Assembly: GCA_964582525.1 (NCBI GenBank)
Contig: CAZOSP010000004.1
Coordinates: 670 to 64,669 of the forward strand
DNA length: 64,000 nt
From: an uncultured Thiomargarita sp.
GTDB lineage: Bacteria > Pseudomonadota > Gammaproteobacteria > Beggiatoales > Beggiatoaceae
Direction of reading: 5' to 3'
The number at the start of each line of letters is the position of its first letter. The stretch's first letter is position 1. Made by a program: the position numbers and the translations under genes. Shown here one piece after another: positions 1 through 8,096 of the stretch. The notes beneath the pieces were generated by a model. The model worked only from the letters and a program-made list of their open reading frames with translations. It had not been told where the DNA came from and made no database searches.

Positions 1-689
1 GACCTACCGGCTGCGGCAAGACGCGCTTTGTTGAATACATGGCAGCGAAGTTGGGCAGAACGCTACACACGGTGGCGTGTCACGACGATTTGAGCGCGGC
101 GGATTTGGTCGGGCGGCATTTAATCGGCGATGGCGAGACCGTATGGAACGACGGACCCTTGACCCGTGCAGTACGTGAGGGTGCCATTTGTTATCTGGAC
201 GAGGTGGTGGAAGCGCGTAAGGATACGACGGTGGTGCTACATCCTTTGTCGGATAATCGGCGTATTTTGCCGATTGAGCGCACTGGTGAAATCCTCCACG
301 CAGCACCGCAGTTCATGCTGGTGGTATCCTATAATCCGGGTTATCAAAATTTGCTCAAGGGCATGAAGCCTTCCACTCGCCAACGCTTTGTTGCCTTGCG
401 TTTTGCTTATCCGTCAGCGGAATTAGAAAGCCGCATTGTGCAGCAAGAAACCGAGATTGAGCCGCAACTGGCAACGACTTTGGTGAAACTGGCAAATGCC
501 TTGCGGGTGTTAAAAGAGCATGATTTGGAAGAATCGGCTTCAACGCGCTTGTTGGTTTATACCGCGACCTTGATACAAGGCGGTTTCGCCCCGCAGGAGG
601 CTTGCCGCGCCGCGCTGATTGAGCCATTGACCGATGATGTGGAGACGGTGGAGGCATTAATGGAAGTGGTAAGGAGCTTTTTTGCTTAG
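1..689 (+). CDS. MoxR-type AAA+ ATPase, CbbQ/NorQ family (5' end outside window)
   Basis: The frame of ORF 39..689 stays open back to base 3. The first codons read PTGCGKT (Walker A), so the gene starts upstream of the window. The rest resembles CbbQ/NorQ (VVSYNPGYQ..., C-terminal helical region). The partner vWA gene lies at 1425. Confidence 0.85.
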   Translation, partial: PTGCGKTRFVEYMAAKLGRTLHTVACHDDLSAADLVGRHLIGDGETVWNDGPLTRAVREGAICYLDEVVEARKDTTVVLHPLSDNRRILPIERTGEILHAAPQFMLVVSYNPGYQNLLKGMKPSTRQRFVALRFAYPSAELESRIVQQETEIEPQLATTLVKLANALRVLKEHDLEESASTRLLVYTATLIQGGFAPQEACRAALIEPLTDDVETVEALMEVVRSFFA

Positions 690-739
690 ACAAACCTGTC
701 ATCGGGCGCAATGAAAAAGTCAGGCTCTTCGCCGCTCAT

Positions 740-1426
740 CTAAAGTTCAATATTGACCAGTTCTTCTAAAGCGTCAATATCTAGCAATTCAATGGAATTA
801 TCTGTGACTTTCAATAAGCCTTGCTGATTGAGGCGTTTGAGGATCCGCGAAAAAGTTTCGGGTTTAATCGATAGGCGCGATGCCAGCACATATTTGGGGA
901 CATCCAACACCACGTAACGCTGCTCCGCTTCGCGCACTTCCAGTAGCCAACTGACAAGGCGAAAAGTCGCGTTATGCAGCGTGAGGCGATCCACTTCGTT
1001 GAGCAACCAGTGCATTCGGCGGCTCATTAAGCCCATCATATTAAAGCATAAATCCACTGAAGAGCGCAGTTGCTGCTCATATTGCGCGGCATTAATCCCC
1101 ACCACCACCACAGGTTTAAGGGCGACGGCATGCACCGGATATTGTCGTCCGCCCATAAACAGCACGGCTTCGGCAAAGCTGTTGCCGGGGCTGATAATAT
1201 CCACGACTTTTTCATCGCCATTAGGGGTTAAGCGAAACAGTTTCAAATAGCCGCGCACGTTGACAAAGACTTCTTTCAGTGGCTCGTCTTGTTGAAACAA
1301 AAATTCGCCTTCGACCAGTTGATAAAGTTTGGCAGTGTCGATCAGTGTGTTAAATTGCACCGCATTCAAAGCGCAAAATAAAGGCGAGCGGCGCACTAGA
1401 GTTAAGGCGTAGTTATCTAGTTTCAT
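740..1426 (-). CDS. Crp/Fnr-family transcriptional regulator (cNMP-binding-like domain plus C-terminal HTH)
   Basis: 228-aa ORF with an N-terminal beta-roll region (FLFQQDEP...VFVNVRGYLKLFRL...GNSFAEAV). The C-terminal part has the typical Crp HTH (VPKYVLASRLSIKPETFSRILKRL). Confidence 0.85.
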   Translation of the reverse strand: MKLDNYALTLVRRSPLFCALNAVQFNTLIDTAKLYQLVEGEFLFQQDEPLKEVFVNVRGYLKLFRLTPNGDEKVVDIISPGNSFAEAVLFMGGRQYPVHAVALKPVVVVGINAAQYEQQLRSSVDLCFNMMGLMSRRMHWLLNEVDRLTLHNATFRLVSWLLEVREAEQRYVVLDVPKYVLASRLSIKPETFSRILKRLNQQGLLKVTDNSIELLDIDALEELVNIEL

Positions 1427-3257
1427 GGCATTTGATAGGACTATTAATATGGAAGAATGGGTAGGTAAACAATGGCATCATCTGATCACCCGTAGTGCCA
1501 GCCGTGAATATGCGCAGGCGCGGGTGGAATTAAGCACGCAGCGCAAAAGCTTAAATGTACTGTTGCGCAGTCTGAGCGGTGACGCGGGTTTAGAAGTCCG
1601 TCCTAGCTACGCACTGAAGTTTCAAGGGCGGCGTAATTGGTTGCAAAAAATCGCTGACAGCGGACGCAAAATTTATCCGGCTTGGCGCGATGCCGATAGC
1701 CTAAATTTACCGCCCACTTTAGCTGTGTTGCCTAGTACAGCACTAAACCAAGAGCTGTATGTGTGGCTCACCTTGCTCGGCAGCAAAATACAAACAGCCC
1801 CGCTGCACAGAGTGCGGCAGGTGCTGCAAGAATATCCCGTGTGGCAAGCGCGTTATCAGCGTTTACTGCAAGCCTATTTGCCGCTGCGCCCGCGTCCCGA
1901 ACAACTGCCTTCAACACTAGCCGCGCATGAACGACAGCTACAAGCCTGTTTGCAAAACCCGCACTGTAACGTAAATTTAAACAGTTTGCAGCTTACTCAA
2001 CTCAGCCCCGTGCCTTTGTGGCTTATCGATCCGCCCATCAGCACCCCCAGTCCTAGCGCGGCGCAACCGCCCGCCGCTGAACCTGAAGCCGCGCCCGCGC
2101 AACAATCCAGCCAAGAGACCCAGCAACGCCATCAAGCCGAGCGTACCGAGATGCCGGACGGCAAAAGCGGTTTGTTATCGTTTCGCCTCGAAAGCCTATT
2201 TTCTTGGACTGAATATTTGCCCGTGGATCGCACTGCTGATGACAATCCCGACCCCGATGCAGCACGAGCGGCGGAAGATATGGATGTCATTACGGTGGCG
2301 CGTGACAACCGCCACAGCCCGCACAAAATTCGTCTTGACCTAGACCTACCCAGTGCCGAATACGACGATATTCCAGTCTGCGACGGCATTCCGCTACCAG
2401 AATGGGATTATCGTCAGCAACAGCTCAAAGCCGACGTGTGCCGCCTGCAAATTTTACTGCCGCGTGACGCACATCCCCAAGCCCTGCCGCCGCGCCTACA
2501 ACAAAACGCCCGCCAACTGCGGCGACGTTTCGAGTCGCTACTGCCGCAACGAGAATGGCGCAACGCGCAAACTGACGGCAGCGAGCTAGACCTTGATAGC
2601 TATATTCAACATCTAGTCGATCGCCGTTTAGGGCAGACCGACATTCCTGCGGTATATCGTGATCCATCGCAAAAAACGCGGGATTTATCCAGCCTGCTGC
2701 TGGCGGATTTTTCCATGTCCACCGATACTTGGGTCAATCAACACGGGCGCGTGGTGGATATTATCCAAGACGCGCTGCTACTCTTTGCGGAAAGTTTAAG
2801 TGTCAGCCGCGACCGCTTCGCACTCTATGGTTTTTCTTCGCTAAACCGCCAAAAAGTGCGCCTCTACCGCCTCAAACAATTTACCGAAAGCTACAATGAC
2901 AGCACTCGCGGGCGCATCCTCGCCATGCAGCCGAGCTATTACACCCGCATGGGCGCAGCCATTCGCTACAGCACGCAATTATTAGAACGCCAAATCACGC
3001 AGCAAAAACTGCTGCTACTGCTGACCGATGGCAAACCAAACGATTTGGACATTTATGAAGGGCGTTATGGACTAGAAGACACGCGCATGGCATTACATGA
3101 AGCGCGCAAAAAAGGCATTAAAGCCTTTTGCGTGACCATTGATGACAAAGCCGAAAGCTATTTGCCGCGCTTGTTTGGGCAGAATAATTGGGTGCTGGTA
3201 CGCAACGCCACCGAACTGCCGCGTAAATTGCCATTGTTATATAGCCAGTTGACTTGA
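1425..3257 (+). CDS. CbbO/NorD-family protein with C-terminal von Willebrand factor A domain
   Basis: 610-aa ORF. The C-terminal vWA/MIDAS-like region reads LLLADFSMSTD...LLLLTDGKPND...KAFCVTID. The N-terminus (EEWVGKQWHHLITR) is typical of CbbO/NorD. The start could instead be the in-frame ATG at 1449. Confidence 0.85.
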   Translation: MAFDRTINMEEWVGKQWHHLITRSASREYAQARVELSTQRKSLNVLLRSLSGDAGLEVRPSYALKFQGRRNWLQKIADSGRKIYPAWRDADSLNLPPTLAVLPSTALNQELYVWLTLLGSKIQTAPLHRVRQVLQEYPVWQARYQRLLQAYLPLRPRPEQLPSTLAAHERQLQACLQNPHCNVNLNSLQLTQLSPVPLWLIDPPISTPSPSAAQPPAAEPEAAPAQQSSQETQQRHQAERTEMPDGKSGLLSFRLESLFSWTEYLPVDRTADDNPDPDAARAAEDMDVITVARDNRHSPHKIRLDLDLPSAEYDDIPVCDGIPLPEWDYRQQQLKADVCRLQILLPRDAHPQALPPRLQQNARQLRRRFESLLPQREWRNAQTDGSELDLDSYIQHLVDRRLGQTDIPAVYRDPSQKTRDLSSLLLADFSMSTDTWVNQHGRVVDIIQDALLLFAESLSVSRDRFALYGFSSLNRQKVRLYRLKQFTESYNDSTRGRILAMQPSYYTRMGAAIRYSTQLLERQITQQKLLLLLTDGKPNDLDIYEGRYGLEDTRMALHEARKKGIKAFCVTIDDKAESYLPRLFGQNNWVLVRNATELPRKLPLLYSQLT

Positions 3258-3398
3258 GAAGACGACAATGCTGAGACCGATTTTTTGCAAAAAATTTTAT
3301 GCAAAACCGATATACTCCTAGTCAGTTTTTATGCTCATATCTGCCAGAAACTGCACTTTATTTCTTTATCAAGTTTCAATGCTTGGATTTTAACGGAT

Positions 3399-3496
3399 GG
3401 GCATTCCATAATAGCCGAAACGTAAATCCTCTAGGCTTTGAAAGCCTAGAGGATTTACGCCCGCGTATTTTCGCGCATTATTTTGTGGTCATTCCC
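3399..3496. repeat. About 98-bp imperfect palindromic intergenic element (CTAGG-hairpin family, full-length copy)
   Basis: The core perfect palindrome CGTAAATCCTCTAGGCTTTGAAAGCCTAGAGGATTTACG spans 3421..3459. Its outer arms are GGGCATTCC... and ...GGTCATTCCC. Related copies lie at 5760, 8035, 38003, 38885 and 48167. Confidence 0.8.
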
Positions 3497-3589
3497 AAGC
3501 ACTTAAAAGTATCCCTGCAAGCAGTTTCAGGCAGGGCGCAGTATCATACCGTTTTTTATCAAGATTTTCTGCTTAAGGAGATAAGCTCA

Positions 3590-5680
3590 GTGATACAGGA
3601 CAATGTTATTCGGCTCATCGTCATTGAAGAATCTGCCAATGATGCTGAAGTGATCCTGAATAGTTTGCGCAAAGCACGTTATCCCATTCGTCCCAAACAC
3701 GTTGAAGACGAAGAAGATTTGCAGGAAGCGCTCAGCGGACAAGAATGGGACTTAGTGATAGCTGTCCCGGCTGTTGGCGAACTTACCGCAACGACTGTGT
3801 GCGAAATGGTGAAAGCCTCCAACCAAGATATTCCTATCATCATTTTGTGCCAAAAGTTTACCGCCGAGAGCGTCGGCGAACTGATGGAAGCGGGCGTGCG
3901 CCATGTCATCCCCAATGGCAGCGACATCGCTTTGCAGCACGCAGTGAAAAAAGAACTCAGCGATCTCGCTACGCGGCAAAATCTTCGTCACATCGAACAA
4001 ATGTATCGGCAAAGCCAGCAGCATAACAAAATGTTGCTTTCAACTTCCCGTGATGCCATCAGCTATGTGCATGATGGTATGCACATTCACGCCAATCCCG
4101 CCTACATGGACATGTTTGGCTATGAAACGATGGAAGAATTAGAAGGAATGCCGGTGATGGATTTAGTCGCGCCCGAAGATCATGTTAAATTCAAAGATTT
4201 TATGCGTGAATACATGACCGATGACAACGAAGAAGATCGAGATATGGAATTAATAGGCTTGCGTTTACAAAAAAACAAACGGCATAAATTCCGCTTAAAA
4301 ATGGAAGTCAGTCAAGCGATTTACGAAAATGAAAAATGTATTCAAATCGTTATTCGAGATCAAACAGACTCCAAAGAACTAGAAAAAAAACTCAAAGAAA
4401 AATATGCCAAACTCGATCAGCTAACAGAGCTATACAATCGCCCGCATTTTATTCAATTAGTCGAAAAAGCCATTGCCAAAACAATGGAAACCCATATCCG
4501 CAGCGTCGTGTTGTACGTCACCTTAGATAATTTCTCCGCCATTCGTGATCGAGTCGGTGTCGGCAATAGTGATCCAGTGATTAAACAAACCGCCAAAGTG
4601 CTTAAACAATATGCAGATGAGGTAACGCTGGCACGCTTTGCAGAATATACCTTTACATTTCTACTGCATGACACAGATGTAGCTAAAGCACAAACTTTTG
4701 CTGAAAAAATCCGTAAAGTCGTAGAAACTTGTGTCACAGAATTAGAAGAGCAATCGGTTGTCACAACATGCAGCATTGGTATTGCTCAAGTGCTGGCTTC
4801 GGCAGGTACGCCGCAAAGCGTCTTAAATGACGCGCACACCGCTTGCAAAGCTGCCATGAAAGAAGGCGGTAACCACATTGAAGTCTATAAAGCCACGGTG
4901 AGAAGTGGCAGCACCGGCGACGCAGCCTTGCAAGATGTGGCAAAAATGATTGAAACGGCGATTGAAGAAAACCGCTTTCATCTGGTTTATCAACCCATTG
5001 TCAGTTTGCGTGGTGAAGAAGAAGAAATTTATGAAGTCTTTTTGCGCATGGTGGATGCCGAAGCGAAACCTGTACCGCCGGGGACTTTATTTGCAGCGGC
5101 AGAAAAAGCCAATCTAAGTATTCATTTAGATCAATGGGTATTAAAAGAATCATCTCGTATTCTCAAAGAGCGAGAAAAATCTAAATTTAATACGCACTTT
5201 TTCATTAAATTGTCAGATCAGGCGGTAAAAGATGAAAGTCTGTTGTTATACATCAATAAGCTATTAAAAACAGCGCAGCTTTCAGGCGATCATTTAACCA
5301 TTGAAATTAGTGAAGCAACCGCTATTAGTCAAATTAAACATGCTAAAGTTTTTGCCACCCAGTTAAAACGCATGGGCTGTCGCTCCGCGATTGAGCATTT
5401 TGGCACCGGTCTGAACTCGGAAACCTTATTGAAACACCTGCCGGTTGATTATGTCAAAATTGATTCTTCTTATGCCAAAGGCTTATCAAGTAGCACTGAA
5501 CATCAAAACGCGGTTAATCACATCGTAGAACTCGCGCATCGCTATGAAAAAATGACCATTGCTGAAGCGGTAGAAGATGCGAACAGTCTGGCTGTGTTAT
5601 TTCAATGCGAAGTAGATTTTGCGCAAGGACATTACATTCAAGAACCCATTGATAGCATGGATTATGATTTTTCTGAGTAA
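3590..5680 (+). CDS. Response-regulator receiver - PAS - GGDEF - EAL signalling protein (c-di-GMP turnover)
   Basis: The long ORF is 3299..5680. Its first ~97 codons run through the palindromic repeat. An in-frame GTG at 3590 follows AAGGAG at 3575. Recognisable regions are a REC-like domain (IRLIVIEESANDAEV), a PAS, a GGDEF-like domain (LTELYNRPHF...) and an EAL domain (FHLVYQPIV...EIYEVFLR...). Confidence 0.85.
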   Translation: MIQDNVIRLIVIEESANDAEVILNSLRKARYPIRPKHVEDEEDLQEALSGQEWDLVIAVPAVGELTATTVCEMVKASNQDIPIIILCQKFTAESVGELMEAGVRHVIPNGSDIALQHAVKKELSDLATRQNLRHIEQMYRQSQQHNKMLLSTSRDAISYVHDGMHIHANPAYMDMFGYETMEELEGMPVMDLVAPEDHVKFKDFMREYMTDDNEEDRDMELIGLRLQKNKRHKFRLKMEVSQAIYENEKCIQIVIRDQTDSKELEKKLKEKYAKLDQLTELYNRPHFIQLVEKAIAKTMETHIRSVVLYVTLDNFSAIRDRVGVGNSDPVIKQTAKVLKQYADEVTLARFAEYTFTFLLHDTDVAKAQTFAEKIRKVVETCVTELEEQSVVTTCSIGIAQVLASAGTPQSVLNDAHTACKAAMKEGGNHIEVYKATVRSGSTGDAALQDVAKMIETAIEENRFHLVYQPIVSLRGEEEEIYEVFLRMVDAEAKPVPPGTLFAAAEKANLSIHLDQWVLKESSRILKEREKSKFNTHFFIKLSDQAVKDESLLLYINKLLKTAQLSGDHLTIEISEATAISQIKHAKVFATQLKRMGCRSAIEHFGTGLNSETLLKHLPVDYVKIDSSYAKGLSSSTEHQNAVNHIVELAHRYEKMTIAEAVEDANSLAVLFQCEVDFAQGHYIQEPIDSMDYDFSE

Positions 5681-5759
5681 CATTAATGGCGGTTTTTTCG
5701 CCCGAGAATCTGTTTCGGCGGGCGAAAAAGCCTTCGTAACACAAATGAGTAATCCCTTA

Positions 5760-5807
5760 AGGAATGACCACAAAACAATGCCAGAAAGGACACGTAAACC
5801 TTCTAGG
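5760..5807. repeat. Truncated half copy of the CTAGG-hairpin palindromic element
   Basis: AGGAATGACCACAAAACAATGCCAGAAAGGACACGTAAACCTTCTAGG matches the arm seen at 48167..48215 and the reverse complement of 3460..3496. The second hairpin arm is missing. Confidence 0.7.
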
Positions 5808-5927
5808 AGCCTGTCCGAAAACTTATCAATCACCGTACCGACTCCATAGATTCAGTTTCTTTAAAAAAACAGAATCACATTTTTAGCCCTAGAAAAATAT
5901 ATTTTTCATTCAAAAACACATTTTCTT

Positions 5928-6467
5928 GTGTTTTTTATGCAATACTGTGCTTTATTTCCTTGTTCTAACCGTTCAGCCTCCCACAGCCTCCAACAACTTG
6001 ACGAAAACTACATCTTCTCTCTGGATGAAGAGAACGTTAGGCGGCTGTGCGTCACCATACTCAGCGACCTCAAAGAAGCGCAGGAGCGGCTCAATCAGAA
6101 TTCCACCAACAGCTCCGTACCGTCTGGTACTCAACCGCCGTGGTTTCATCCTGCGGAAAATACAAAGGATGAAGAAGAGGACGGCGATACGTCAATTCCG
6201 CCGCCTCCCGATGATAAGGATGACAGCGACGAGTCAAGTACCCAAAAAACGGCTACCGAGTCTGACAAAGCCGCCAGGTCCAGGTCCCCAAAAAAACCGC
6301 GTAACCCGGGTAAACAAACGGGTGACCAAGGTTTTGGACATCCCTATTCATTGTTATCCAAATATGACACAAATTCCACCGCTATTATTCACGCACATTC
6401 ATCCATTGGTCATTTTTTATCATCTTTCACCAACACATCCCCAAACGGCGTGCGCACGCGGCGGTGA
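5928..6467 (+). pseudogene. Possible N-terminal remnant of an IS66/ISKra4-like transposase
   Basis: The 179-aa ORF has a leucine-zipper-like start (ENVRRLCVTILSDLKEAQERLNQNSTNSS). A low-complexity acidic/basic stretch follows, ending in ...PGKQTGDQGFGHP. This resembles the NS.NSS.PPS...GGQ.GH N-terminal signature of those transposases. No catalytic domain follows, and the 3' end overlaps the convergent gene 6410..6904. Confidence 0.35.
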
Positions 6468-6904
6468 CCGGGGGGAATATCCTCATCATTAATCACCCGC
6501 GGCTTAAAGGCGGGTTGCGGTTTAGCGGCGACCGGTGGCGGTGGGGTATGTTGATTGGTAGGCATTGCCTGCGATGGATGCGGCGGAGTTTTCGAGCTAT
6601 CAGGCGATGGCGGCGCAGTACCCATGCTGTCCATGTTGATTTCAATCAGCTTATTTTCCTGGTTTTCCTGTCCTTCTACTTTTTTCAGGCTACGCACAAA
6701 AATTTTGCGCGGCTCAATTCTTTCAATCAACCAATCATCCACCGTCGCTTGCGGTGCAACTCTAATAGGCTGATTTTTATAATTAATAAACGCATAACGC
6801 TGGTCGCCGATAATACCCACACCTTCCAATATCAAGCCTTGTTCAAGCGCGCCCAGCGAGCCGCCAAAGCCTAAAAAAACAACGATCAAAATGGTATTTT
6901 TCAT
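6410..6904 (-). CDS. Secreted/periplasmic hypothetical protein with a Pro-rich C-terminal half
   Basis: The start is taken at MKNTILIVVFLGFGGSLGA (signal-peptide-like). A small beta-rich domain follows (GVGIIGDQRYAFINYKNQPIRVAPQATVDDWLIERIEPRKIFV), reminiscent of GspC/PilP-type HR domains, then a proline-rich tail. Confidence 0.55.
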   Translation of the reverse strand: MKNTILIVVFLGFGGSLGALEQGLILEGVGIIGDQRYAFINYKNQPIRVAPQATVDDWLIERIEPRKIFVRSLKKVEGQENQENKLIEINMDSMGTAPPSPDSSKTPPHPSQAMPTNQHTPPPPVAAKPQPAFKPRVINDEDIPPGHRRVRTPFGDVLVKDDKK

Positions 6905-7002
6905 CCGAAAATCCTCATAAATACATAGGTTGCTATTGGTTTTGCTGCACTTTACCATAGCTCATAGACATTCGATAAACAAAATTTGACAAGGACAAGG
7001 CA

Positions 7003-8001
7003 ATGAGTCTCAACACTGTTAAAGACTGGCTAAAACGCCAGCAAAACACTGTAGCGGAAAGCATTACGCGCTTCAAAAACAAAGACTTTATGGAAGCAGT
7101 GGTAGCCGGTTGCGCCTTAGTTGCGGCGGCGGATGGCGACATCAGCGCGGAAGAAAAGCAAAAAATGGCGGGCTTTATTAGCCGCAACGACGCGCTAAAG
7201 GTGTTTGACATGTCGCAAGTGATTGAACGCTTCAATGCGCAAGTTGAAAGTTTTGCATTTGACCACAGCATCGGCAAAGCGCAAGCCCTAAGAGTGATAG
7301 GGCGGCTTAAAAACAATCCCGAAGCAGGGCGTTTACTGGTGCGCGTCTGTTGCGCTATCGGCTTGGCAGATGGCGATTTTGATGCGGATGAACAGGCAGT
7401 GGTGCGAGACATTTGCGCCGAACTCGGGCTGCCCGCAGAAGACTTTGGTCTGACTGAAACGCCCGCCACCAACTCTTCCGCAGACATGCCTAAACCCGCC
7501 GCGCCCCCAGTTGCACCCAGCCCAGTTGCACCCAGCCCAGCAGAGCCAGAGCCAAAAACAGAGCCACTGGTCAAACCGCCGCTTGAAACGCCCATGCCGC
7601 CAACCGCGTCTTATGTAACAGCCGCAGACAATAAAGCCTTTATGGAAGCCAGCACCGCCACCGCAGCCTTGTTGCTCACAGCCGATAATGATCATTCTGC
7701 GGCTAAACAACAGCAGGTACGAGAGGCTTTGACCCAACATCCGGCATTACAAAATTTTCCTGCTGAAATGCTCAATAAGCAATTTAAACGCGCCCTAGAC
7801 AATCTGAGTTTTAATCGCACGATAGGCAAAGCGGATATTCAACAGCGTCTAAGCTGGTTGAAAAACCAGCCAGAAGCCGCGCAAGCGCTAGTACAAGTGT
7901 GTTTAGCCGTGAGTCGTAGCGATGGGCATTTCAGTCCGGCAGAACAACAGGAAATGCGCGAATTGTGTCAGTTGTTGGCGGTGGAGGCAAAAATCGCTTA
8001 A
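7003..8001 (+). CDS. Tandem TerB-like (tellurite-resistance TerB family) two-domain protein
   Basis: There are two copies of a TerB-type module (AAADGDISAEEKQKMAGFI... and SRSDGHFSPAEQQEMRELC...). A Pro/Ala-rich linker joins them. Confidence 0.75.
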   Translation: MSLNTVKDWLKRQQNTVAESITRFKNKDFMEAVVAGCALVAAADGDISAEEKQKMAGFISRNDALKVFDMSQVIERFNAQVESFAFDHSIGKAQALRVIGRLKNNPEAGRLLVRVCCAIGLADGDFDADEQAVVRDICAELGLPAEDFGLTETPATNSSADMPKPAAPPVAPSPVAPSPAEPEPKTEPLVKPPLETPMPPTASYVTAADNKAFMEASTATAALLLTADNDHSAAKQQQVREALTQHPALQNFPAEMLNKQFKRALDNLSFNRTIGKADIQQRLSWLKNQPEAAQALVQVCLAVSRSDGHFSPAEQQEMRELCQLLAVEAKIA

Positions 8002-8034
8002 ATGTCAGCCGATGTAAAAGTTAATGTGGGCTAT

Positions 8035-8065
8035 GACCTTCTAGGTTTTGAAAACCTAGAAGGTC
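8035..8065. repeat. CTAGG-hairpin palindrome (short copy)
   Basis: The perfect palindrome GACCTTCTAGGTTTTGAAAACCTAGAAGGTC lies between convergent genes. It may act as a bidirectional terminator. Confidence 0.8.
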
Positions 8066-8096
8066 TGAATCCTACAACTGATGCACTTTAGCTATA

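Noticed and set aside
3299-3589. N-terminal ~97 codons of ORF 3299..5680
   Set aside because: This stretch runs straight through the 98-bp palindromic repeat and has odd composition. A GTG with a good AAGGAG RBS at 3590 starts exactly at the receiver domain.
5695-5728. Perfect 10-bp-stem hairpin TTTTCGCCCG-N14-CGGGCGAAAA after the GGDEF-EAL gene, considered as an intrinsic terminator
   Set aside because: The hairpin is real, but neither strand has a U-run after the stem (the T/A runs are part of the stem). I did not call it a terminator. It may still pause or stabilise transcripts.
6933-7595. 220-aa minus-strand ORF antisense to the TerB-like gene (also 7333..7740)
   Set aside because: It is a low-complexity Ala/Ser/Gly translation of the antisense strand. 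The plus-strand frame has clear TerB-domain similarity.
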